This document shows positions 8,722 through 17,648 of a stretch of DNA of 27,561 nt, piece after piece. Within the stretch, counting starts at the first letter, position 1. Each line of letters starts with the position of its first letter. A program made the translations under genes and the position numbers. The DNA comes from a virus (lineage: Duplodnaviria > Caudoviricetes), in the IMG/VR virus record IMGVR_UViG_3300043468_000482, positions 1 to 27,561 of that record. The stretch is one strand, 5' to 3'. The notes beneath the pieces are model-generated. The model was not told where the DNA came from, did not search any database, and worked only from the letters and a program-made list of their open reading frames with translations.

Positions 8722-10725
8722 CTACAAGGCTAAAAGCCACGCGGAAGACTCAACTTCATCTGTCACAATGAAGCCATTTTCGTACTCCTCAATCATGCCT
8801 GCCGTGACTAAGATGTGTGTCATTTTGTGTTCGCTCTTGGGATTAAGAGCGTTCTTAATAGTCTGCTCTGCCTTGCCATCTTGGCGTAACAAGTCACGCA
8901 AAGCCGAACGGGTAACATAAGGTAAACCCATTCTTATTTCCGTCCCACTGGCCCACCATGCGCGTTCAAAATACTTTAGGTTTTTAAGTAAAACCTGATC
9001 CTTTTTCTCTACTTTTACCGGCGCATCCTCCTCAACCATGACCACACTAGTTACCGGTTCATTATCCTCGTCAAACCATCCGTTAATAGTCACCTTTTCA
9101 AGCCGCATGTGCTTGTCGGGTGCAAGTTCTGAGTCCTTGGCTTTGCGCTGTATAATCTGTATTGGTGTTGACTCTGTAGCGGGGACAACGCTAATGGCTA
9201 TTTCCAAAGCACCGCGATACGCCGAGGAACCGCGACCATCTTTTTGTGAGTTTTCATCTTTTCCGGTATGGTGTACTAATAATACTGATGTATTAAATTC
9301 ACGCATCAATAAACCGCACGCATCAATCATGGTTTTAGCGATTTCCGAGGAATTTTCGTCGCCTTTTAGGAACCGGTGTAAGGTATCTATGACTATTAAA
9401 CGTGGTGTTTCAGGTAGTTTTCTGACAGACTCTAATACTTTGTGATACCCTTCTGATGTATTTAAGTCGCACCCATGACGACTCACATACATATTCATCT
9501 GACTGACTTGGTTATATTGTTTCCACGCGGCGATACGACTACGCAATCCGTGATGACCTTCACCTGCCAAGTAAACAACTGTCCCTGGCGTTACTTTGTG
9601 GCCTTTCCATTCCTGTAATGACGACGCAATCGTGTTGGCTATATCCAGCACAAAAAACGTCTTACCGCCGCCGCTGGGGCCGTGAACCATTATGAAAGCC
9701 TGATCCTGAACCCAATCCTTAACCAACCATTTGATAGGGGCGGGTTGTTGGCTAAATTCATCCGCGTGAATTAACCATTCATCATCATCGGATGGTGGAT
9801 TCAGTAAACCAGCCAAATCATGACCAGCTTGCGCGTAATCGTTTGCATCACCGATTATTGGTGGGATCACTAACCGCGCACCAATCTCTGTAGCGGCCTG
9901 CTCTGCGTATTTCTGGCCGGTTCCAGATTCATCGTTGTCGCCGACAATCACAATGTTCTGCGCTATGCCGTATCGTTCGCGCATGAAACGCGCCACGTGA
10001 ACCACATTCGACGCGCTGTAAGCTATGACGCACGCTTGCCCGGTACACTCGTAGATTGTCGCTGCCGTAGCGTAACCCTCAGCTATATATAAAGAATGAC
10101 CAATCTCACCGATGATCCAGAACTTACCGCTTGTTGCTCCGCCGGTATGGAATAACTTGCGCCCCACATCGTTAATGTATTGGAGTGATGAAAGTGCGCC
10201 GTCATCGCTGTACAGCGGTGTCATCAACCGCCCTGCGCTGTCTACGCGAGCGCCGTGTGGCTGGATGCTTTTGGTTTGCAGGTAGGGATGATCGGGTGAC
10301 GCACCAAGGCCGTTTGACCATATCGTTTCAACAGTTTCCGCCACGTTTTCCTGTTGTTTCTTGCGTTCCTCATCTCTTATTCGCTTGGCTTCTGCCATTC
10401 GCCGCGTTTGCGCCATCTGTTCAGCAACGGTGAGTTGTCTGCCGACATTGGCTACCCAAGATTGCTCATGCCCTGCCCGCCAACAACCGAACCGGCCAGC
10501 GGGTACACCATCATTAAAAGCTATGTACCAACCTGATTTATCGCCCTGTCCTGGCGTTCCTTTGGTGCCGCTTTTAAAACGATGCAGAGCGCCGTCAATT
10601 TGTATGTAATCGGGTGGCTCAAGCCCTGCGCGAATGATCGCATCACGCAACTGATTTTCAGGTGTATCAAATACTTGCGTTGGTGGAGACCATGCGCCGC
10701 CAAGGATGTTAGTTAAGTCCGCCAT
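8722..10725 (-). CDS. Primase-helicase (Toprim + AAA_25/RepA-like ATPase)
   Basis: IAEGYATA and GDND Toprim motifs; Walker A GPSGGGKT, YLAGEG, IVIDTL, VHHTGK, RGSSA. Confidence 0.92.
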   Translation of the reverse strand: MADLTNILGGAWSPPTQVFDTPENQLRDAIIRAGLEPPDYIQIDGALHRFKSGTKGTPGQGDKSGWYIAFNDGVPAGRFGCWRAGHEQSWVANVGRQLTVAEQMAQTRRMAEAKRIRDEERKKQQENVAETVETIWSNGLGASPDHPYLQTKSIQPHGARVDSAGRLMTPLYSDDGALSSLQYINDVGRKLFHTGGATSGKFWIIGEIGHSLYIAEGYATAATIYECTGQACVIAYSASNVVHVARFMRERYGIAQNIVIVGDNDESGTGQKYAEQAATEIGARLVIPPIIGDANDYAQAGHDLAGLLNPPSDDDEWLIHADEFSQQPAPIKWLVKDWVQDQAFIMVHGPSGGGKTFFVLDIANTIASSLQEWKGHKVTPGTVVYLAGEGHHGLRSRIAAWKQYNQVSQMNMYVSRHGCDLNTSEGYHKVLESVRKLPETPRLIVIDTLHRFLKGDENSSEIAKTMIDACGLLMREFNTSVLLVHHTGKDENSQKDGRGSSAYRGALEIAISVVPATESTPIQIIQRKAKDSELAPDKHMRLEKVTINGWFDEDNEPVTSVVMVEEDAPVKVEKKDQVLLKNLKYFERAWWASGTEIRMGLPYVTRSALRDLLRQDGKAEQTIKNALNPKSEHKMTHILVTAGMIEEYENGFIVTDEVESSAWLLAL

Positions 10726-10752
10726 TCTATGTACTCATCGGGTGAAAAAGTG

Positions 10753-10781
10753 TTGACATGATACGCTGCAACCAGCACAAT
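10753..10781 (+). promoter_or_regulatory. Sigma70-type rightward early promoter
   Basis: TTGACA-17 bp-CACAAT with an upstream A tract; the AAAAAGT(T)GTTGAC context is shared with the promoter at 17893. Confidence 0.7.
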
Positions 10782-10785
10782 ACAA
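10758..10785 (-). promoter_or_regulatory. Overlapping leftward promoter for the primase operon
   Basis: Minus strand TTGTAT-16 bp-TATCAT, about 30 nt upstream of the primase ATG. Confidence 0.45.
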
Positions 10786-10786
10786 C

Positions 10787-11067
10787 CACTCCCGAAACTC
10801 AACGGGCGGGAGTGCCGCTAACGCCGGTGCCAGAAGAAAGACTCTGGGAGTGTCGCCGGTGTTAGCAACTAACAACAACACTCCCTACGCCTCTCCACGA
10901 TGCGCACCAAGAGAGTTACTGTTTGGGCAATGTCACGCCGCACCTCACGCGTGATCTGGTTTTCCGCCAAGAAAATTGTCCAGATTGCGCGGGCAAAGCC
11001 CAAAACGTAAGCCGACCGCGTAAGTGTCGGCATCCAACGCTACAACCAGCATTGTGCTGACCGTAGC
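10787..11067 (+). ncRNA. Long structured leader / candidate regulatory RNA
   Basis: Consecutive helices with G-U pairs: 10787-10814, 10817-10866, 10891-10915, 10922-11004 (nested 10948-10991), 11011-11031, 11039-11067. Confidence 0.65.
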
Positions 11068-11086
11068 AATAACACATAGGAGCCTT

Positions 11087-11761
11087 ATGGCTATCAAACT
11101 TAGACGCACCGACGGGTTGTGTGCCAACGGTGTAAAAATTTTAATTTTTGGCGCTGCCGGATCGGGTAAAACCACGTCTATCGCCACACTTCCCGCGCCG
11201 GTTATTCTTTCGGCCGAGGGCGGCTTGCTTTCTCTCGCGGGAGCCGACATTCCGTTCATCGAAATATCTTCAATGGCGGATCTGATGGAAGCCTACACAT
11301 GGCTTACCACCTCATCTGAAGCCAGCGGCTTTGAATCGGTGGCGCTGGATAGCATTTCGGAAATTGCGGAAGTGTGCCTTAACACGGAGAAAAAGGCCAC
11401 CAAAGACCCGCGCCAAGCATACGGCGCGATGCAAGAGCAAATGACTGATTTAATCAGGGCTTTTCGTGACCTGCCTGGTAAGCATGTGCTTATGACGGCT
11501 AAAGTTGAAAAGTCTCAGGATGAAATGGGGCGCATGCTTTACGCTCCGTCTATGCCTGGTCAGAAGTTAGGTCAACAACTGCCCTATTTCTTTGACGAAG
11601 TGCTGGCGCTTCGGGTTGAGCGTGACGCTGACGGCAATACTCAAAGGGCGTTCATGTGCGATTCGGACGGCATGTGGACAGCTAAAGATAGATCGGGCCG
11701 TCTTGAAGCATGGGAAGCGCCGAACCTCAACGACATTATCAATAAAATAGGTGGGAAATGA
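11087..11761 (+). CDS. AAA_24 / Sak4-like ATPase (single-strand annealing recombinase family)
   Basis: AGGAG RBS before ATG 11087; Walker A GAAGSGKT, SAEGG, VALDSISE, YFFDEV, AKDRSG; adjacent DUF669 SSB. Confidence 0.88.
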   Translation: MAIKLRRTDGLCANGVKILIFGAAGSGKTTSIATLPAPVILSAEGGLLSLAGADIPFIEISSMADLMEAYTWLTTSSEASGFESVALDSISEIAEVCLNTEKKATKDPRQAYGAMQEQMTDLIRAFRDLPGKHVLMTAKVEKSQDEMGRMLYAPSMPGQKLGQQLPYFFDEVLALRVERDADGNTQRAFMCDSDGMWTAKDRSGRLEAWEAPNLNDIINKIGGK

Positions 11762-12141
11762 GTATAGAAAAACTGAGCCAAGAATGGCTCATCGCTAAGG
11801 CCAGCGAAAAGGCCGCCACGCAAAAGCGCCGGGCGATTGAAGATGACCTAGCTAAGGCCATGCGGATTCAAGAGGACGAAGAAGGAACCGTAACGCACAA
11901 GGAAGGCATTATCATTATTAAGGCGGTTTGCAGGATGAACCGCAAGATAGATGACGAGCGGTTGCTTGAGATCGCCGCCGAGCATGGCTTGGCGGATCAC
12001 TTGGCTACCCTGTTCAGGTGGAAGCCTGAACTATCAATGACGGCGTGGAAAGCCGCAGATCACACCATCACCGATCCCCTTTTGGATGCCATTACAACAA
12101 CGCCAGGGCGTCCCAGTTTTACCATTACAATTAAGGAGTAA
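11758..12141 (+). CDS. Phage hypothetical protein of the recombination module
   Basis: ATGA coupling; N-terminal coiled coil, FRWKPEL and TTPGRPSF motifs. Confidence 0.8.
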   Translation: MSIEKLSQEWLIAKASEKAATQKRRAIEDDLAKAMRIQEDEEGTVTHKEGIIIIKAVCRMNRKIDDERLLEIAAEHGLADHLATLFRWKPELSMTAWKAADHTITDPLLDAITTTPGRPSFTITIKE

Positions 12142-12146
12142 ACATC

Positions 12147-12626
12147 ATGCTATTAGATGAATCATTTGACCTTGACAGTTTACCAGTCAGCCGACCATCA
12201 TTTGATCCGCTTCCGGCCGGATGGTACATGGCTTCCATTATTCTTGCTGAAATACAACCGACAAAATCGGGCGGCAAGATGATTGCATTGAGATACGAAA
12301 TAATTGGGCCTACGCACGCTGGCCGCATTGTGTTTAACAATCTCAACATTAAAAATGCTAATCCAAAATCCGAGGAAATCGGACGGCAACAACTGGGTGA
12401 CATTATGCGTGCAATCGGCCTGTCACGCTTGAGCGACACTGATGATTTCATCGGCGGTAAACTGAGCATTAAGGTTCAGGTTACGCAATCTGAGCAATAC
12501 GGGGCTGGCAACGATATTCGCGCTTGGAAAGCAATAGAAGGAAGCGCGATACCACGTCCAACTATGCCGACAAGTGCGCCAACGCAAACCGCCAGCACAT
12601 CATCGCCGCCTTGGGCAAAGAAATAA
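12147..12626 (+). CDS. DUF669 protein (putative ssDNA-binding protein)
   Basis: AAGGAG RBS; FDPLPAGWY, GRIVFNNLNI..N, C-terminal PPWAKK. Confidence 0.85.
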   Translation: MLLDESFDLDSLPVSRPSFDPLPAGWYMASIILAEIQPTKSGGKMIALRYEIIGPTHAGRIVFNNLNIKNANPKSEEIGRQQLGDIMRAIGLSRLSDTDDFIGGKLSIKVQVTQSEQYGAGNDIRAWKAIEGSAIPRPTMPTSAPTQTASTSSPPWAKK

Positions 12627-12670
12627 CATAACCAACATAGCCAAGGATGGCTTTTATACAGGGTGAGAAC

Positions 12671-14956
12671 ATGAAATACGATGAGTTCATACAACAAAAA
12701 AGACAACATGAAATCACAATTGGACACGCGCCAATTGCGTTAAACAACAACTTGTTTGACTTTCAAAAATATATTACCGAGTGGGCCGTTAAAAAGGGCC
12801 GCGCTGCTATTTTTGCCGACACGGGACTAGGCAAAACAATCATGCAAACGTCGTGGGCCGATGAGGTTGTGCGGCATACAGGGCAACGCGTGTTAATTGT
12901 TGCGCCATTGTGCATCTCGTTACAAACAGTCAACGAAGCTAATAAATTTGGGATTGACATTCAATACTGTCGAAATCAACAACAAATACAAAAAAACATC
13001 ATCATCACAAACTATGAAATGCTTGATAATTTTGACATTTCTACTTTTGGCGGAATAGTTCTTGATGAATCCAGCATCTTGAAAAGCTACATGGGGAAAA
13101 CCAAGCGTGCATTGATTGAGTTGTGTCAGCCGGTGCCGTACCGATTAGCTTGCACTGCTACACCATCGCCTAACGATTACCTAGAACTTGGCAATCATGC
13201 GGAATTTTTGGGGATCATGCCAAGCAATGAAATGATTATGCGGTTTTTCCAAAACGACACGATGGAAGCCGGAGCATATGTGTTGAAGCCGCACGCGGCT
13301 ACTAAGTTTTGGGAATGGCTGGCGTCATGGGCAATGTGCATTAGCAATCCGGCTGATTTAGGTTATGACGGAAGCGCCTACAATTTGCCGTCATTGAATC
13401 AAGAATTTATTAGAATCAACACTGACGACTTGCCGCCAGCCGAAGGGGAATTGTTCAGGAACGTAACGATAAACGCGACTAGTGTACACAAAGAGGGACG
13501 TTTAACGGTTGATAAACGCGCCGTTAAGGTGGCTGAATTGGTCAACAATTCAGATGAGCCATGGCTCGTGTGGTGCAATACAAATTATGAAGCCGATGCG
13601 TTGAAGGGTTTGATTCCTGATGCCGTTGACGTGCGCGGATCGGATACCATTGACAAAAAAGAACAATCATTGCAGTCATTTATTGACGGAAAAACAAGAG
13701 TATTGATTACTAAACCGTCAATCGCTGGCATGGGATTAAATTTCCAGCATTGCAGAAATATGGCTTTTGTTGGTTTATCGTATTCTTACGAAAACTATTA
13801 CCAAGCAATTCGTAGATGTTACAGATTTGGTCAAACTAAAGAAGTTCACAGCTACGTCATGGCCGCTGACTCTGAAAGTTCAATTCTTGCAATTATCAAA
13901 GCAAAAGAACAAAAGCATAACGAAATGAAAGAAGCCATGGTTGAGGCCATTGCAAACTATCACAAGAGAGAAACTCAAATGAACGACGTTGCATACTTTG
14001 AAACTGTTCAATCAGACAATTGGACTGTGCACCATGGCGATTGCGTTCATGTTGCCAAAATGATTGACAGCAATTCTATTGGGTTTAGCGTGTATTCGCC
14101 GCCGTTTCCTAACCTGTATATCTATTCAGATTCAGAATATGACATGGGTAACAGTACCGATGACGGTCAATTTATGGAGCATTACAGCTACCTAGCGGAA
14201 GAATTGCACAGGATAACAAAACCAGGACGATTGACCGCTATACATTGCAAGGATTTGCCGATGTACAAGGGCCGCGATGGTGCCGCCGGTTTGCGCGACT
14301 TTCCTGGTGAAATTATAAAAATGTATGAATCAAAAGGATGGCAATATCATAGCCGCGTGACAATTTGGAAAGATCCTGTGATAGAAATGCAACGCACTAA
14401 AAACCACGGACTTTTGTACAAGCAGTTGTGCAAAGACTCTAGCGCATCGCGTCAGGGCATGGCTGACTACATAATCGTCATGAGGAAATGGGCAGACGAG
14501 GAAGATTGGGAAGCCGTTACGCGAGGCAAAGAACGGTTTTTTGATTACATTGGATCAAGTTATAACGCTCCACAAACAAAAGATTGGGGACGCGCTAGAA
14601 GTGAAACCGAAAAACAAAGATTGTATTCGATTGCTGTTTGGCAGCGTTACGCTTCGCCGGTGTGGTTTGACATAGATCAAACTAATGTGCTGAATTACAA
14701 ATTAGCAAAAGAAAAAAACGAAGAACGTCATATTTGTCCTTTGCAGTTGGACGTGATCGAGCGGTGTGTTGAGTTGTGGTCTAACCCTGGCGATTTAGTA
14801 TTCTCGCCTTTCACCGGAATTGGTAGCGAGGCCTATGTTGCATTAAACATGGGACGTCATTTTGTTGGCGCTGAATTGAAGAAATCCTATTTTGACATAG
14901 CGTGCAAAAATCTTGATTCAGTGAAGTTAAAAGAAAAACAAAAGGATTTATTCTAA
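12671..14956 (+). CDS. SNF2-like helicase fused to a beta-class N4-C/N6-A DNA methyltransferase
   Basis: DTGLGKT, LDESS, TATP, QAIRRCYRFGQ; then GDCV, SPPF (motif IV), HICPLQ, FSPFTGIGSE (motif I). GGTGAG RBS favours ATG 12671. Confidence 0.9.
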   Translation: MKYDEFIQQKRQHEITIGHAPIALNNNLFDFQKYITEWAVKKGRAAIFADTGLGKTIMQTSWADEVVRHTGQRVLIVAPLCISLQTVNEANKFGIDIQYCRNQQQIQKNIIITNYEMLDNFDISTFGGIVLDESSILKSYMGKTKRALIELCQPVPYRLACTATPSPNDYLELGNHAEFLGIMPSNEMIMRFFQNDTMEAGAYVLKPHAATKFWEWLASWAMCISNPADLGYDGSAYNLPSLNQEFIRINTDDLPPAEGELFRNVTINATSVHKEGRLTVDKRAVKVAELVNNSDEPWLVWCNTNYEADALKGLIPDAVDVRGSDTIDKKEQSLQSFIDGKTRVLITKPSIAGMGLNFQHCRNMAFVGLSYSYENYYQAIRRCYRFGQTKEVHSYVMAADSESSILAIIKAKEQKHNEMKEAMVEAIANYHKRETQMNDVAYFETVQSDNWTVHHGDCVHVAKMIDSNSIGFSVYSPPFPNLYIYSDSEYDMGNSTDDGQFMEHYSYLAEELHRITKPGRLTAIHCKDLPMYKGRDGAAGLRDFPGEIIKMYESKGWQYHSRVTIWKDPVIEMQRTKNHGLLYKQLCKDSSASRQGMADYIIVMRKWADEEDWEAVTRGKERFFDYIGSSYNAPQTKDWGRARSETEKQRLYSIAVWQRYASPVWFDIDQTNVLNYKLAKEKNEERHICPLQLDVIERCVELWSNPGDLVFSPFTGIGSEAYVALNMGRHFVGAELKKSYFDIACKNLDSVKLKEKQKDLF

Positions 14957-15972
14957 TGCAAATACCTGAACCAGAAATTACGCTGGCCGGTTTGATTGAC
15001 CAGCATCATGCCGATACGCAATCACCGCCGCGCCCGCACATGGGTTGCTCAATCTTGGGCCATCCTTGTGACCGCTATTTGTGGCTGTCTTTCCGCTGGG
15101 CGGTTATTGAAAAATTTGACGGACGCATATTAAGGTTGTTTCGTCGAGGCCAACTAGAGGAATCAATTATCTTGCAAGACTTGCGTGCCGTTGGCGTAAA
15201 AGTCAGTGATCGCCAATCATCGGTTGACTTTGGCTGTCACATATCAGGAAGCGTGGACGGTGTTATAACCGCCGGCGTACCGGAAGCACCGCTGAAGTAT
15301 CACGTTTTGGAGTGCAAGACGCACAGCAAAAAGTCATTTGATGACTTGCAAAAGCATGGCGTCGAAAAATCTAAGCCGCAACATTACATACAAATGCAAC
15401 TTTATATGCTTGGGTTAAAGATTGACCGAGCGTTGTATTATGCGATATGCAAAGATAATGACGAAATCTATACAGAAAGATTGCGACTTAATAAGGAAAT
15501 AGCACAAAGGTATATAGATCGCGGTAAACGCTTGGTGCAATCTGACCGTATGCCGGAACCAATGAGCGTTGATCCTAGTTGGTATATTTGCAAAATGTGC
15601 GCGGCGCATGATTTTTGCCACAAAAGCCATACAACGAAGGAAGTTAATTGTCGGACGTGCTGTCATTCAACAGCAACAGACAAAAGCACCTGGACTTGTG
15701 CCAAGCATGATAATTCTGAGATTCCTGTTGAGTTTCAGCGCACAGGTTGCGAGTCTCATTTATTGCATCCTGATTTGGTGCAATGGAAAATGATAGATCA
15801 CAGCGAGCATGAATTGACGTTTGAAGTTGACGGAAAACCAGTGCGTAACGGTGAGCCTGATGCGTTTGTTTTTTCTAGCCGTGAAATACTTGCAAATCCT
15901 GGCGCGTGCGCTAATCCTGACACTACTAGCGAGTCAATCCGTGACGTGTTGAATGGGAGGGTAGTTGGATGA
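14956..15972 (+). CDS. PD-(D/E)xK Cas4-like exonuclease
   Basis: HMGCSILGHPC, GSVDG, LECKT, QMQLYM, CKMCAAHDFC Cys cluster; TAATG coupling. Confidence 0.85.
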   Translation: MQIPEPEITLAGLIDQHHADTQSPPRPHMGCSILGHPCDRYLWLSFRWAVIEKFDGRILRLFRRGQLEESIILQDLRAVGVKVSDRQSSVDFGCHISGSVDGVITAGVPEAPLKYHVLECKTHSKKSFDDLQKHGVEKSKPQHYIQMQLYMLGLKIDRALYYAICKDNDEIYTERLRLNKEIAQRYIDRGKRLVQSDRMPEPMSVDPSWYICKMCAAHDFCHKSHTTKEVNCRTCCHSTATDKSTWTCAKHDNSEIPVEFQRTGCESHLLHPDLVQWKMIDHSEHELTFEVDGKPVRNGEPDAFVFSSREILANPGACANPDTTSESIRDVLNGRVVG

Positions 15973-17648
15973 TGCTGCGCGATTACCAACAACGATCCAT
16001 AAACCAACTTTATGATTGGTTAAACCGCAATTCAGGTAATCCCTGTCTGGTCTTGCCAACCGGTGCGGGCAAAAGTCACGTTATAGCCGCGCTATGTAAA
16101 GATGCGTTGCAATCGTGGCCTGAGACCCGCATCCTGATGCTGACGCATGTTAAGGAATTGATAGAACAGAACGCGCAAAAGATGCGTCAGCACTGGCCTA
16201 ATGCTCCCATGGGCATATATTCCGCCGGTATGGGGCAGAAGATATTAGGAGAACCCATTACGTTTGCAGGAATTCAGTCAATAAGAAAACATGCCGATCA
16301 AGTTGGGCATGTCGATTTAGTAATTATAGATGAGTGTCATCTTGTAAATCACAACGATGAGGGCGGCTATCGGACATTTCTATCGGACATCTATCGGACA
16401 AATCCTAATGTGAGGGTGATAGGATTGACCGCTAGCCCATACAGATTGGGACATGGCTATATTATTGAAAAACCTGCTATTTTTGACGAATTGATTGAAC
16501 CTGTGACAATTGAAGAGTTGATAAACAAGGGTTATTTGATGCCGCTACGATCAAAAGTTACACAAATTCTATTGGACATTACAGGCGTTCATAAGCGGGG
16601 CGGTGAGTACATAGAGCGCGAGTTACAGCAAGCCGTTGATACGGACGCAATCAACCAGCGCGTAGTGTCTGAAATCAAAACACTAGCGGGTGATCGCAAG
16701 GCATGGCTTTTGTTTTGCGCTGGAGTGCAACACGCTGAACACATTGCTGGCGAACTCAAAGCGCAAGGGATAATTGCCGAATGCGTGACAGGAGCCACTC
16801 CAAAAGCCGAGCGCGAGCGAATCTTGTTAGATTTTAAAGCTGGCAAGATTCAAGCACTGACTAACGCAAATGTTTTGACAACTGGGTTTGATTATCCTGA
16901 CATTGACCTGATAGCAATGTTACGTCCCACCATGTCGCCAGGCTTATATGTGCAAATGGCAGGCCGTGGATTGCGTCCGAAGTCACACACGGATCATTGT
17001 TTAGTGCTGGATTTTGCCGGTGTAGTGAAGCAACACGGGCCTATAACCGCCGTAGAACCGCCAAATAAGGCAAAGCAAGGCGACGGGCAAGCGCCAACTA
17101 AAACGTGCGAGGAATGCGGTGAGATTGTCGCCATCTCAACGAGTACATGCCCGTCATGCGACGCGGTTTTTCCCGTTAAAAAAAAGAAAGAACTTAAGCT
17201 AAGTGATGCGGATATTATGGGGCTAGAAGCCACTGAGATGACCGTCATTGATTGGCATTGGCAGAAGTACATTAGTAAAGCCAGCGGTAAGCACATGCTC
17301 TCAGTGCGCTACTACAGCGACCGCATGGACGTTCAGCCAATAACCGAATTTTTCCCTGTTTTGCATGAAGGCTATGCTGGCCATAAGTCACGCTTAGAAA
17401 TAGTCACGATTGCACAACAGGCTGACGCAAGTTTAGATGATGACTTGATTCGCCAAGCTGGCAACTTGAACAAGGGCATTCCGCCAACAACGATCAAGTA
17501 CAAGCGCGACGGGAAATATAACAAGGTGGTGAATCGCTCATGGACTCAAAACAATGCACCAAGTGCAGGACAGTTAAGCCGGTTACAGACTTTTATACAC
17601 AAAAACAGGGAAGATATTTACAGTCCTGGTGCAAACAATGCAAGTTGA
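15969..17648 (+). CDS. SF2 DEAD/DEAH helicase (RadD/YejH-like) with Zn ribbon
   Basis: LRDYQ, PTGAGKS, DECH, GLTASP, QMAGRGLR, CEEC...CPSC. Confidence 0.93.
   Translation: MMLRDYQQRSINQLYDWLNRNSGNPCLVLPTGAGKSHVIAALCKDALQSWPETRILMLTHVKELIEQNAQKMRQHWPNAPMGIYSAGMGQKILGEPITFAGIQSIRKHADQVGHVDLVIIDECHLVNHNDEGGYRTFLSDIYRTNPNVRVIGLTASPYRLGHGYIIEKPAIFDELIEPVTIEELINKGYLMPLRSKVTQILLDITGVHKRGGEYIERELQQAVDTDAINQRVVSEIKTLAGDRKAWLLFCAGVQHAEHIAGELKAQGIIAECVTGATPKAERERILLDFKAGKIQALTNANVLTTGFDYPDIDLIAMLRPTMSPGLYVQMAGRGLRPKSHTDHCLVLDFAGVVKQHGPITAVEPPNKAKQGDGQAPTKTCEECGEIVAISTSTCPSCDAVFPVKKKKELKLSDADIMGLEATEMTVIDWHWQKYISKASGKHMLSVRYYSDRMDVQPITEFFPVLHEGYAGHKSRLEIVTIAQQADASLDDDLIRQAGNLNKGIPPTTIKYKRDGKYNKVVNRSWTQNNAPSAGQLSRLQTFIHKNREDIYSPGANNAS
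16367..16400 (+). repeat. Three copies of CTATCGGACA inside the helicase gene
   Basis: Copies start at 16367, 16380 and 16391. Confidence 0.9.

Noticed and set aside
11024-11086. GTG-start extension of the ATPase
   Set aside because: Lies within hairpins; a clear AGGAG precedes ATG 11087.
14956-15972. Cas4-like nuclease as evidence of a CRISPR-Cas system
   Set aside because: No repeat-spacer array or other cas genes; such nucleases are routine in phage recombination modules.
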